Below, piece after piece: positions 11,757 through 23,872 of a stretch of DNA of 64,000 nucleotides; position 1 is the first letter of the stretch; every line of letters starts with the position of its first letter. Source of the DNA: Mobula birostris (taxonomy: Eukaryota). The stretch covers positions 82,519,717-82,583,716 of the forward strand of contig NC_092380.1 in NCBI RefSeq assembly GCF_030028105.1, read 5' to 3'. The notes under the pieces were generated by a model. That model ran no database searches. It saw only the letters and a program-made list of their open reading frames with translations, and was not told the DNA's origin. A program made the translations under genes and the position numbers.

Positions 11757-13583
11757 GTATGTTTGCTCATGCTAATTCTTATAACAGTAAATTTTCAATA
11801 CCAGTAGCTTTATTTTGGATCTTGTACGTTAAGGCACATCCTAGGTGTATTGTTAAAGTTTGATGCTAAGCCAGGTAAGTCGTAATCAGGTAGGATGAAA
11901 GTGGTGGATATTGAGAGCACTTTAGTTGAGGAAAGGCATTAAAGTTCAGGAATGGCATTTCAAATCTGAAGATGTGACTGCCAATTAAGATCAAGGGGAA
12001 TTTATAATATCATATTTTTTTTAGTTTAGTAACTATTCAAAATTACTAAATGAATAGTTATTTGATGTTTATAACTGTTCATTTGGTAATTATTCAAAAT
12101 TTTCAAATGAATAATTATAAATACCAAATAATGATTCATTTGGTGAGCAGTTCAACTTTGTACATTTACTGTATAATTCTAATTTTTTTTACAATCAGTA
12201 AAGTTTAGTTATTACACAATAGTAAGTTTTATGATACTGCAGGGTATCTAGCTGCTGAATCTTCATTCCATTTATAGAATTGAGTACAAAAATGTAAATT
12301 TTTTTCAATGTTCTTCATGACATTTTTAACATGGTGGCAAAATAGGTTCTCAGAGTGCGTGCTAGCTTCACAGACAGAATAATAGGTGGCATCACTTTGA
12401 TTGGGAAAGCTATTTAAATTACTTTAAAATGGTTGTAATTTTAAAAAAATACCAAATTTTATTATTTCATTTGGTACATTTTGAAACTTACTTTCTTAGC
12501 ATTGGGAATGTTCAATTTCGAATTCTGATTTTGGCAAGTTAAAAACTGGAATCCATCAATCCACAGCAGAGCGTTTTTTCCTTTAGTTCTTGTGTCCTGA
12601 ATTATTTACATTAAACAATAAACAATATTTAAACAGTTTTCTCTGGAATTATTTTTGTAATGAGGTTCAAACAATCATTTTTGTACATATTACAACTAAC
12701 TTGGAGGTTTGATTCCAGTGGGCAAGAAGTAAATAATTGCCCCTGCATCTTCTACTTTACTCCCCTGCTGTATTTTTCATATATATTTTGTATGCACACT
12801 TATTTTGCTGTCTTCCTCATTGTTCTCTCCTCTAATCATCTTCAGCCTACTTATATGGTATTTGGATCATTTCACTACATGCATCACCAGCTGATATTAA
12901 GTTGCTTTAAATGCTTCCTCTTATTCTAATTAGTATCCAGTTCCATATCTCTGTATCTAATGCTTTGTATATTTGCAGAACAATGTTGTAAATATGATCC
13001 CTTCATTTTTCTATAGTATTTTTCTTTCTATTCAGTTTTATTCTTTAAACTACTACTACGATGTAGTCTCAGGCCTAGGGGGCCGGCGTCTGGCATGATA
13101 ACGGACTTTCCACTTCTCCCTCATTAAACTTATTAACCTTAATTGCATTGAAATATGTCTCTCAATTGCTGTGTTTGGATAGTTTTGTTGATCCAAGGGG
13201 ACATGGGGGTCAAATGTTTTATAACCCCCCTCGTGTTCTTCAATATAATTTTATCTGGTTGTTTAGATTGAATCTAAAATAGCACCCACCTTGTTCCTGC
13301 AGCTTCCTTTTCCCTCAAAACTCCACCAATTTGTAGCCAGTACTCGGGTACAATTTTAATAAAGCCACTTGCTGCCTAATATTGCTTTATATTTTAGTGC
13401 AACAAAAAGCAATTAGAATGAAGCATTGATCTAATAACAAGTGTTTGAACAAACATTTAAGTTTTCATTGATTTGTATAGAGGAATGATATTAAATCAGT
13501 TGAGCTACAGTATAACATTTTGAAGGCTATGCAATACTGTTTAGAAACTATTCCTTTTATAACTGTTCCTATATTACCCATAG

Positions 13584-13754
13584 CTACATCACTGGAGTCC
13601 AAAGAAGGCATGTGAATATATTGCATCCATCAGATCTCACATTGTTGTTCGCAGTGGACAGTTTAAGATTCTGAAGAACTATTATTGTGAACTTTTCTCA
13701 GAGGAGCCAGATGTCTTGTGTGAAACAAAAAGTGCTGCAGCTTTCAAGTCATAA
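13584..13754 (+). CDS. PTPMT1: PTPMT1 coding exon 4 (to stop)
   Basis: CCCATAG|LHHWSPKKACEYIASIRSHIVVRSGQFKILKNYYCELFSEEPDVLCETKSAAAFKS-TAA; not in the ORF track, translated by hand. Confidence 0.9.
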   Translation, partial: LHHWSPKKACEYIASIRSHIVVRSGQFKILKNYYCELFSEEPDVLCETKSAAAFKS

Positions 13755-14424
13755 AGGATTCCAGTCTGGACATTAATACACTACCACCTTTAAGTAATTC
13801 CTGATTAAAATTAACAAAAGGAGGTTGCAATTTAAGTTCCAACTTTGTGATCACTAGATTTCAGCCGTGAGTTGATCATTGTTCTGGTGCATGAATAGAG
13901 TATTTTTGCTGTGGATATACTGATAAAGCTACAGCCCATTTTGAAGTGTTTATTTTGTTGAAATATTTGTTATTTATTAAAAGATGGTGTTAAAATAGTT
14001 TTCAATCCCAGGGAAGTTATTTTTGGAAAAAAAAAATTTAGATGTTAGAAACTTCTTCACTCATTGTTAATTTCTGAGTAATATGTACAAGTTTTCTGAA
14101 CGTGTAGAAACTGTTATATTGTTACATGTTGAAATTGCTGTATCAGCTTGCGCCGGTGAAGGGATATTGCAACTTCTTACCACGTTGTTTGTTCATAAAG
14201 ACACATTTGATGGCTTCGGTCCCTAGTAAAAGCAAATATTGTTATTTATGAGATTTGTAAATGTTATCTGAGAGGGAGTAATTCCATAAAACCATGCTCT
14301 CAAAAGGAGCTGCTCATATTGCACCTTCTGCTGGAAATTTGGGATTGGAGAATTGCTCCTGTAAACATCTTTTTAACATAAAATATTTAACATGTTAATA
14401 TGTAAAATTAATATTACATATTAT

Positions 14425-14452
14425 TTATAAATAAATTTATAAATAAATAATT
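14425..14452 (+). terminator. Candidate PTPMT1 polyadenylation signals
   Basis: Clustered AATAAA hexamers about 680 nt after the stop; the AT-rich context weakens the call. Confidence 0.35.
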
Positions 14453-14504
14453 TTAGACGTCAATTTAGACTTGTTTGGTATAATTATATATTTTAGATGG
14501 AAGT

Positions 14505-16225
14505 TATGCTCCAAATTCAGGTCTCAACTGTGTGTAGTTCTGATCACTACATAAGATGTAATAGTGCTGGGGAAGGAGCAGAGAAGATTCAGTAGGATGT
14601 TGCCTGTGCTGGAACATTTTAGTTATAAGGAGAAACTTAAGAGGCTAGATCTGTTTTCCCTGCAGATGGGGTTTGATTGAGGTGTATAAAATCATATGGA
14701 ATAGAGAGGGTGGACTTCAGGAAACTTCTCTCCTCATTACCTTATCAAAGGTAAATAAAACTAGAGGACATAGATTTGGGGTAAGGGGAAAGAGTAGATC
14801 GTTTCACCCAGAAAATACATGAATGCACTGCTGGAGAGAATGGTAGAAGCACAGTTGCCAATTGTCCAGATGAGCACTTCAATTACCTAGGCATACAGTT
14901 GCAAGAAAAAGTTTGAACCCTTTGCAATTACCTGGTTTTTTACATTAATTACTCATAAAATGTGGTCTGATCTTCATTTAAGTCACAATAATAGACAATT
15001 TGCCTAAATTAATAACATACAAATAATTGTACTTTTCAGGTCTTTATTGAACACATTGTTTAGGCTGGAAAAACTCTGTTAACCCTTGTATTTAAAACTG
15101 GTAGAACCTCCTTTAGCAGCAATAATCTCCATCAAATGTTTCCATTTAGCTGCTGATCAGACTTGCACAAGGGCGAGGAGGAATTTTAGATCATTCCTTC
15201 ATACATATTTCAGTTCATAAATATTTCTGGGATACCCTGCATGAACAGCCCTCTTCGTGTCATGAAGATATCTCAGGCATCTTAATTGGGTTAAAGTCTG
15301 GACATGAATTTTCTTTTTAAACCATTCTGTTGTTGATTTACTCTTGTGTTTTGGATCATTGTCTTGCATCATCCAACTTCTATTAAGCTTCAGGTGACAG
15401 ACGACTACCCTGACATTCTCCAGTAAAGTGTATTGATACCATTTTGAACTTATTGCTCCCTCAACGATTGCAAGCTGTCCAGGCCCTGAGATAGCAAAAC
15501 AGTCCCAAACTATTATGCTCCTTCCACCATGCTTCACAGTTGGGATGAGATTTTTGTGTTAGTGTGCAGTGCCCTTTTACCTCCAAACACACAAAAAGTT
15601 CAACTGTTGTCTCATCTACCCACAGAACATTGTCCCAGAAGTGTTGTGGAGCATCCAGGTGACTGTTTGCAAATCTGAGACGTGTGCAATTTTTTTTTGG
15701 CGAGCAATGGTTTTTCAGTGGTGTCCTTCCTTGAACACCATTCTTGTTCAGTGTTTTTCTTATAATAGGCACATGAACAGAGACCTAAGCAAGTCCTAGA
15801 GATTTCTGACTTAATGTGTTTTTTATAGGGCAAGGCATCTCTACAACCCACACCACCAATCTCACCTCATTGATTGGAATACCTGACTTAATAGCTTTTG
15901 TGGAGGCATTGCCCCATAGGTTCACATAATTTTTTGAACCTAGACTGTGATTGTTTAGATGGTGTACTCCGTATTGAGGGGAAGTACAATTATTTGTGTG
16001 TTATTAATTTAAGCAGATTGTGTTTATCTATTATTGTGAATTAGATGAAGATCAGACCCACATCTTATGACTATTTTATGTAGAAAACCGGGTAATGGCA
16101 AAGGGTTCAGAAACCTGTTCTTGCAGCTGTAGGCATCTATAAGCCAAGAGCTGGAAGGTAGGATAAACATAGGTGGGTAGGTGTTGTGATGGGCTGAATG
16201 GCCTGTTTTTATGCTGTAAAACTCT
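14505..16225 (+). mobile_element. Old CR1 3' fragment split by a Tc1 insertion (pieces 14505-14895 and 16132-16225)
   Basis: QRRFSRMLP and TRGHRF remnants on the left; the CR1 3' UTR GATGGGCTGAATGGCCTGTT resumes after the Tc1. Confidence 0.65.
14896..16129 (-). mobile_element. Tc1/mariner DNA transposon, internally deleted, dead transposase, long IR/DR-type ends
   Basis: TA|CAGTTGCAAGAAAAAGTTTGAACCCTTTGC ... GGCAAAGGGTTCAGAAACCTGTTCTTGCAGCTG|TA; motifs VLWVDETTVELF, KHGGRSIIVW, QDNDPKH. Confidence 0.92.
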
Positions 16226-17349
16226 AACTGAGGACTGAACTGAGATTTTGTCCTCATCAATTTTCCAGTCCTTTCCACTTTATGCTGTTATGCAAACAAG
16301 GTTAAATAAAGAGATCATTATCATACAGGTGATTATTATCACTCCAAGCCAATTCCAAAGATGTTCAAGAACAATTTAAAGATTCCTCCATTAGGTATAA
16401 GGAGTATGGTGTTCAATTTCATGCTTTAGGAATTAAGTCTAAAGAAAATGGAGAAGAGATTTACTCAAGAAAATGAGAAAAGGAAAAGGCTGGGGTTGTC
16501 CTTTGAGCGGAGTCAAGAGATACTGTATATGTTCTAAATTCTGAATGGTTTGGTTATATATCTCTAATGGAAGCAAGATCAACAGCAAGAGAAGATAAAT
16601 TATTTATCTTGTATTACTTTAGTATTGAGGAAGCCTTATTTCCAATTGGTTGTGTGGATTTTAAGGCAGGTAATCAGGTCGAGTGGAAACCATAAACTCT
16701 TCTGCAGATCTGGCAGGTGGAGGATAATTTGTGAAATCATTCACCCTCTTATATGGAGCATCTGAATGTTAGCAATTAATGGACTCAAGATTCATAAGGT
16801 ATTTACTTCTGCTGGGAGAGCAATTGACACACGAGACTAGTTTGTTTTTGATGGCAAAGCTCACTCTGTGAAGTCAGGTGCGACTCAGTCTCGTTCTCTT
16901 CCCTATCATGTCTTACTGAATTCAGAATCAAATCTGACTTATTGAAGTGACATTCAAATCAGGTGTTTTTTTTTAATACGGGGTGATTATTTGCACTCCA
17001 GGTATCACATGGGCTTCACAGAGCAATGGCTCAGTCAAGTGGTAAGCAAGACCAAGACAATTCAAAATTTGCATTCTGCTCCACAGTAGTGGATATATAC
17101 TATACATAGATGTTCCTGTATCTGAGCCAGCACCTGTATACAGTAAATGTCCATTCCTTCCCACATTCTTGTCTGGGTATTAGTTGTCAGGTCTCAAGCC
17201 TGGATGCCTCCTGTACTCTGTTCCTGATCCCTAGTTTGGGTAACACACCTAACTGTGTCCATGAGTCCCAGAACTGAACCACACCTGTTAGCTCCACCCA
17301 CTTATCTAGCAGCATTCCTGGTTCCAGCCACACAGCTGGAATTGATAAA

Positions 17350-17935
17350 TATAAATTTCTGCAGAAGCTGGATATCTTGAGCATGACACAAAATGTTGGA
17401 GCAGGGAAATAACCAGTCAACATTTCAGGCTAAGACCCTTATTTAGGACTGGAAAGGAGAAGAGTAGAAGCCAGAACAAAAAAGTAAGGGGAGAGGAAGC
17501 TGACAGATGATAGGTGAGACCAGGTGAGGGGGAATGAAGAAAGAAGCTGGGAGGGGATAGGTGAAAGAAGAAAAGGGTTGTAGAAGGAATCTGATAGGAG
17601 AGGACCATGGATCATGGAAGAGAGGGAGAAGTGGAACCAGAGGGAGGGGATGGCCAGGAGAGAAGAATAAATGGAGTGAGAGGGTAACCAGAATGAGGAA
17701 TGGAAAAAGAAGAGGGAGTGAAATTACCAGAAGTTAGAGAAATCGATTTTCATGCTATCAGGTTGGAGGCTACCCAGACGGAATATGTGTTGCTCCTCCA
17801 ACTTTGAGTTTGGCCTCATCATGGCAGTAGAGGAGGCCACGGACGGACACCTAAGAATGGGAATGAGAAATCATATTGAAATTGGTAGCCACTGGGTGAC
17901 TTAAGAGTTACTCCAGCATTGTGTGTTTTGCTCTC
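17350..17935 (-). mobile_element. Penelope-like 3' fragment (GIY-YIG C-terminus plus pseudo-LTR)
   Basis: The reverse complement matches 60430-60900 (GGGTAGCCTCCAACC...ATCGATTTCTC.AACTTCTGGTAAT). Confidence 0.75.
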
Positions 17936-18689
17936 AAAATATTAAACATTATTTTATAATTATTAAGTGCTGGAATGAATGCACTGTGTGAAATCAGAAT
18001 GCTATTGTAACTTTACAAAAGTTACATAAATACCATTTCCTGAAAAGTAATCTGTATGGTAAAATTTCTTGCAATGATTTGTCACCTATTTAACATGGCA
18101 AGAGGTAAAGTACACCTTCAGGAAACTTCTGGCCATTCTTAATTAGTGCAATTTCAAAAATGTGCTTGTAATAATGTGGACTTTTTAAAAATTAAATATA
18201 TATAAGCTTATTAAAAAATTGAAATCTCAAAATTAAATTGCACATTTAATCTGGTATTTATAAACCATTATCACAACAAATAACAACAGCAATGATGGAT
18301 ACAATTGTACATAAATTCCTTGCAACAAAGTGCTATATAAGACATTTAAGCACTTAAACATTCATATGTCCTTGATGGGAATGTCATCAAATAAAATTTG
18401 ACAAGAATTTCAAGGAGACATCAGGACAGATGAATAAAACCTTGGTTAGTTTCTAAAGTACTTTAAGGGAGGAAAGAATGGCAGAGTGGCTTGGGGAAGG
18501 AATTGCTGACTATAGACTTTGGCAGTTTAAGGTATGATCCACAACATGATTAAATTTGAAGATGAGCAAATATCAAGAATTTGAGGAGCACAGATATCTC
18601 TGGTTTGCAAGGTGGTTGAGGCTACAGAAATAGGGAGGACAAGGTAATGGATTTGAAAATAGTTACATTTTACAATCAAGGCATTAGGT

Positions 18690-19192
18690 ACATCATGAGA
18701 AAAGTCCTGCCCACCATTGAGTACATCTACATGGAGTGTTGAGTAGGAAAGCAGCATCTATCATCAGAGTCCCCCACCATCCAGATCATGCACCTTTATT
18801 GCTGCTGCCATCAGGAAGAAGGTACATGAGCCTCAGGACTCACACTACCAGATTCAGGAACAGTTATTACCCCTCAACAATCAGTCATTTGAACCAGAGG
18901 GGATAATTTCACTTGCCCCATCATTGGACTGTCCCCAAAACCTATGAACTCACTTTCAAGGACTCATCATTTCATGTTCTCGATTATTTATTTATTAGTT
19001 ATTAATACTTTCTGTCCTTCATATTTGCAGAGTTTGTTATCCTTTGTACAGTGGCTGTTTGCCTGCCCTGTTGGGTGCAGTCTTTCATCGATTCTATTAT
19101 GGTTATTCGATTTACTGCATATGCCTGCAAGAAAACGAATCTCAGGGTCGTATATGCTGACATATGTGTTATTTGATAATAAATTTACTTTA
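18690..19192 (+). mobile_element. Rex1/Babar-like LINE 3' end
   Basis: Similar to 41860-42370 (CAGGAAGAAGGTAC...GGAACAGTTATTACCCCTCAAC...TTTGATAATAAATTTACTTT). Confidence 0.75.
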
Positions 19193-21660
19193 AGCTAACC
19201 TGGAGCCAATGAATGCATATGGCTGGTGGATAGGGCATGAGCAATAGTCTCGAGAATTCTGATGTTCTATTTTCAGTGAATAAGGAAGGAAGGCTGGTCA
19301 AAGGGAAGTTGAAATTGTCAAATCCCAAGGAAACAAATGCTACAGATGAGCTGAGGCTGGAGTGGAAGTAAGTGATATGATTGAAGTTAAAAGAGCTACA
19401 AGTCTGTGGTCTGAGGTTCATCCAATAGTCAAATGATATACTAGTTTTAAACAGTTTCATACAGTTTTCAGGGAGAGTGATAGAGACAGTAGCTAGGAAA
19501 TTCCTGATGGATATTGATCACAAAAGCTTTGTCTTCCCAATATTTAGCTAGGGGAAATTTTTCACACATGGAAACCAATGTCGTGTTTTCAGATGTTTCT
19601 AAGGTAAGAAGGTAAGGAAGCCCTGAACAGATCTTTGTGGGTCACCCTAAGGGTATGGTATGGGAAGAGAAATAATCACCATATGTTCCGTAGATATGAC
19701 TGAATAAATTAGAATGGGATAAGGAGATAGTAGTTTCACTTGGCTGAACAATACGATGAGAAATTGCAGGCAATGATCCTAAATGTGTGAAGAGAATTTA
19801 TATAAGGGAACCTTTCTCTGGCTGTAAAACTCATTAAGGAAGTTGATAAAGTATATCTGAAGTAAAACTAGTGTAACGAAGACTAATCCACTGTCATTAA
19901 GTTCCATCACAAGAAATGCTTGTGATTCAGAGTGATGATGTTGCTGATCCATCTTTCTAGAATTCTATTTGTTCCTGGAACTGGAATGATGTTGGCAAAG
20001 GTGTGTGTTTTGCCTATGTCGAGCTAGCTGTCTCAGAACTGATAGTTTTGAATGAATCACAGAGTAAGACAGACCAACAGTAACTGTGAAGAACATTCGT
20101 GAACAAAATGGGGTTTTATATCAATTCAGTAACCTTCATTTTATTTTTATATGCTAATACTTTTGCAATGGGGTTGATAAAAGTACCATCAATTCATCAA
20201 CAAGATGTGTCCAGAAGTCAGATCAAGAGAGGACTGAAACCGCCTTTCTGAAAAGCTGAGAACCAATTACATACTCTCATAACATACTGTACAAATTATA
20301 CAAACGGTATCGAATTTTCTTTAGTTTTCATTTTATTAAAAATTTAACATGTTACTTTAGTTTAAACAAAATGCTTTGATGCGAATAGCCTTTCTATGCA
20401 GAGAACAAGACAAAATCTAAAGGTTAAAGGTTGCATCAAAATCTTCATCTTGCTTATTTTACTGCTAGAGGGGTCAAGAGCAAGTCTTCCAACTTGTCAC
20501 GGGCAGTTCAAATACATGCTTTTGTAGTAAAATAGTATGTGTGTAATAAATCTACCTTACAGTTATAAAATTGCAAAGGCATGGTGTCTATTTACTCTTA
20601 ATATAAATGGGTAACAAATAACTGTTCAGAAGTATTCTATTGATATCAAACGTTACTAATTTGTATAATGAAAGTATTTGAATGTAAATATCCTGCCTCC
20701 TTTTAGAGATTGAACAAATTTGAATCTTCTACTGCTAGCATTTTCATCTCTTGGAACTCTAGCAAAGCTAACTTAATAACAGCAATTCAGCTCCTACCAT
20801 AATTTTGTTAACCACTTTTCTTGACCCCATCTTACTCTGTGTTATGCTCTACTCCAAGACTGAAAATGGATAGGTACTTTCTTTGAAATTTCTGTAAAAA
20901 ATCCATTAGATAAGAAGTATCCCTGGTAAAAATTAGAAACTTGCAGGGGTTGGTACATTAGATGCAAACTACCAGACAATTACTTAATGCTGAAGGGCAC
21001 TATTCCACAAGATCACCTTTGGTAATATACTTACCAGAAATCATAATGTATATAAACTCTTAGGACGTGTATTTACAATTTTTTTTTGATTTTATTGATT
21101 ATTATCCACACACAGGGCTATAAGGAAACCTCTCCTGCAACATGTTTAAACCAGTAACAAAGCATTTGTTACAACACATATTTCTTGTGGTTAATCTTTT
21201 CCATAGTTACTGACATTACATTAGTACAAAATCATGTACTTTATTGAAAATATTTTATATAAGTATTATTCATTGGTATAATGCTTATCTTGATTTATGC
21301 TCTTTTTGCTTATATAGTTCTGTCTCGGTCTGGAATAGAACGTGACAATAATTTTGACATAGTTTAGGTCAATTAATGTCTTAGAAAACAAACACAGTAC
21401 TGAAATTTTGTTGTCTGCAGAAGTTTAAAAAAATAACTTTGTTCACCCAACAAATTAAATCCTAAAAACTGCAGTTAAATTCTATATTGGCCTGATATAT
21501 ACAGAAATTGTTGAACACTGTCAGATTTTGAAAAAAAAAATACAGTTGCAGTTTGACTGAATTATTGTATTAAATTGTGACAGCCAATCTTCATAAATTT
21601 TCACAATGCAAAACTGTCCTGAATATTTTTTTTACTGCAGTGTACCGTACTTGGTTAGAA

Positions 21661-22518
21661 TCACGCCAAAACAAATTGCCAATTTGTCAGCAATATCTCA
21701 ATTCCACTTATCACTGATACTACAGATGTGGCTGGGTTCAGTTTTAATGTTTTTGCATCACCCTTTTTACACTTATCTCTGAAAACATAAATACACCCAT
21801 TGCAGCTGGCAATCTTCCACAGGGAGGGCACACGACTCCAAACCTCTGGGAAACGCAGTCTGGTGAAGCTGTCAAGCAGTGGATTGTAACATACCAAAGA
21901 ATCTCCCTCAGCTACTATAAAAATCAGGTCCTTGTGAATAGCAGCATGCATACGGCCTGCAAACGGGAGGAGATATGACTTTAACTGGCATGTCCTGGAA
22001 CGTGTGTCAAAACACTGAATGAGACGAGATGGTTTGGTAAAGAAGTCCAGGTCATTCTCTTCCCCACCCAGTAAATAGATAGTTCCATTAAGGTTAACAC
22101 CAGCAGCACAAGACACTGCAGTCTCCAACTGATTAGTTTCAACCCACACATTATCACAGACCACATAATAAATGACAGCACTGGAAAGTGTATCCTGAAG
22201 GGTTTTCCCACCCAATGAATAAATGGCATCTTCACTTGGGACGGATACAAGTGTGTGCTGAAGACGATCTCTTGGTAGTGATGCGCATTGTTCCCAGTCC
22301 ATTGTCTCCATGTTGCACTTCCACATCCGTCGTGGGATGGGGCCACCTACAACGTACAGGTCACTTCCATGCTTGCATGCAGCAGTAATCTGCTGGCGTA
22401 ATCGATTTTGCCCACTGACACTGATAGCATCATCATCACAGTGCAAAGAAACTGCCAGTGAATGTGTCCGAGTGTCCTCTTTTCCAATCAGATAAATATG
22501 AACAATTTCACCAATTTC
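21661..22518 (-). CDS. KBTBD4: KBTBD4 last coding exon (kelch repeats)
   Basis: AAACAG|EIGEIVHIYLIGKEDTRTHSLAVSLHC...DLYVVGGPIPRRMWKC...LLTNWQFVLA-TGA; 858 nt. Confidence 0.96.
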   Translation of the reverse strand, partial: EIGEIVHIYLIGKEDTRTHSLAVSLHCDDDAISVSGQNRLRQQITAACKHGSDLYVVGGPIPRRMWKCNMETMDWEQCASLPRDRLQHTLVSVPSEDAIYSLGGKTLQDTLSSAVIYYVVCDNVWVETNQLETAVSCAAGVNLNGTIYLLGGEENDLDFFTKPSRLIQCFDTRSRTCQLKSYLLPFAGRMHAAIHKDLIFIVAEGDSLVCYNPLLDSFTRLRFPEVWSRVPSLWKIASCNGCIYVFRDKCKKGDAKTLKLNPATSVVSVISGIEILLTNWQFVLA

Positions 22519-23160
22519 CTGTTTGAAAATAATAAAATAAAACTGTAGTGATGTTTTGCTATTTCTTTAACAAGCTTAAATACAATGCAGAAAGAGCTAT
22601 TATCATTGAGTTGACTTCTGCACCTTATATTTAGGCAAATGACTGGTGTATCTTGTTAAATCATTTTTCTGTTTATCAATAGAAACAATTTATTCTGAAG
22701 TTACTATGAAACCAAAACATCTCTTTATTTGAAGCCCCTTTTTCATACATGACTTGCAAATGCAGAGACCAATGAAGAATAACACTTGTACCAGTCTCAT
22801 GGCACATAACAAAGGTCTTCCAAAAAATTGGAATACAGTATCTATAATTTCCAATGTTATTGTTAGTTACACTTTATAAATGTTATATTGTATATTAAAA
22901 TTTACTGCTCAAAGGAATTAATGTTATGATCTTTTATTGGGTTGTTAAATGAATAAAATTCTGATTTTTAAAATTTAGAATAACTGGATTGGTGTATATA
23001 GTAATAATTGTGAGAGTGTGATACTCATTAGATCATTGGTGTCAAGTTACACTTAAACATGCTCAAACTTTAACTTTTAGGAGACTAGTATTTAAATTTG
23101 AGGAAGTGACAGCTAATATAACTTGTTCTACAAATAGTCCGCTGAACTGTCTATGTACTG

Positions 23161-23872
23161 CAGGGGTCCCCAACCTTTTCTGCACCGCGGACCAGTTTAA
23201 TAGTGACAATACTCTTGCGGACCGGCCGACCAGGTGGGGGAGGGGGGTGTTCAAGTAGGGTTGAACTCACCTCAACATGTCTTTTACAGTTAGGGTTGCC
23301 AACTTTCTCACTCCCAAATAAGGGACAAAAGTAGCAGTCAAATCCTGGGACACTTTACCCCAGGAAAGACTACCATGACCATGAAGCCTTGCACGGGCAC
23401 CTGTGTGCGCATGCGTGACGTGCCCATGTGCGTACGTGCCGATTTTTCCCCCACAAATTGATTTTGTCTTCATCTTCCTGACTATACATACATTATTTCT
23501 ACTTTATATAGGCTGTGTATTTATCATATCATTCCTGCTTTTACTATATGTCAGTGTTATTTTAGGTTTTATGTGTTATTTGGAATAATTTGTTAAGTTA
23601 TTTTTTGCGTCTGGGAACGCTCAAAAATTTTTCCCATAATGGTAATTGCTTCTTCGCTTCACGCCATTTCAGCACGAAAGGTTTCATAGGAACGCTCTAG
23701 CTTAGCAGGGGAAATACAGGACAAACCTATTTAGCCCAATATACGGGATGTCCCGGCAAATACGGGACAGTCGGCAACCCTATGTTCAAGTTCAACAGTG
23801 CGTGACAGGGAATGAGGAAAGGTACAGCTGACTCGTATTGTTTCCTCATGGCCCGGTGGTTGGGGACCACTG
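23161..23872. mobile_element. Non-autonomous hAT (Charlie-like ends) composite element
   Basis: TIRs CAGGGGTCCCCAACC / GGTTGGGGACCACTG; perfect 8-bp TSD ATGTACTG at 23153-23160 and 23873-23880. Confidence 0.9.
23256..23782. mobile_element. Nested second hAT-type element
   Basis: Ends TAGGGTTG / CAACCCTA; 8-bp TSD TGTTCAAG at 23248-23255 and 23783-23790; subterminal AAATACGGGAC-like repeats. Confidence 0.8.

Noticed and set aside
13050-13130. Short GC-rich patch after (CTA)n in PTPMT1 intron 3
   Set aside because: Probably a tiny retroposon tail; too short to classify, and no snoRNA box arrangement was evident.
14375-14460. AT-rich palindromes in the PTPMT1 3' region
   Set aside because: Low complexity; short inverted matches are expected by chance.
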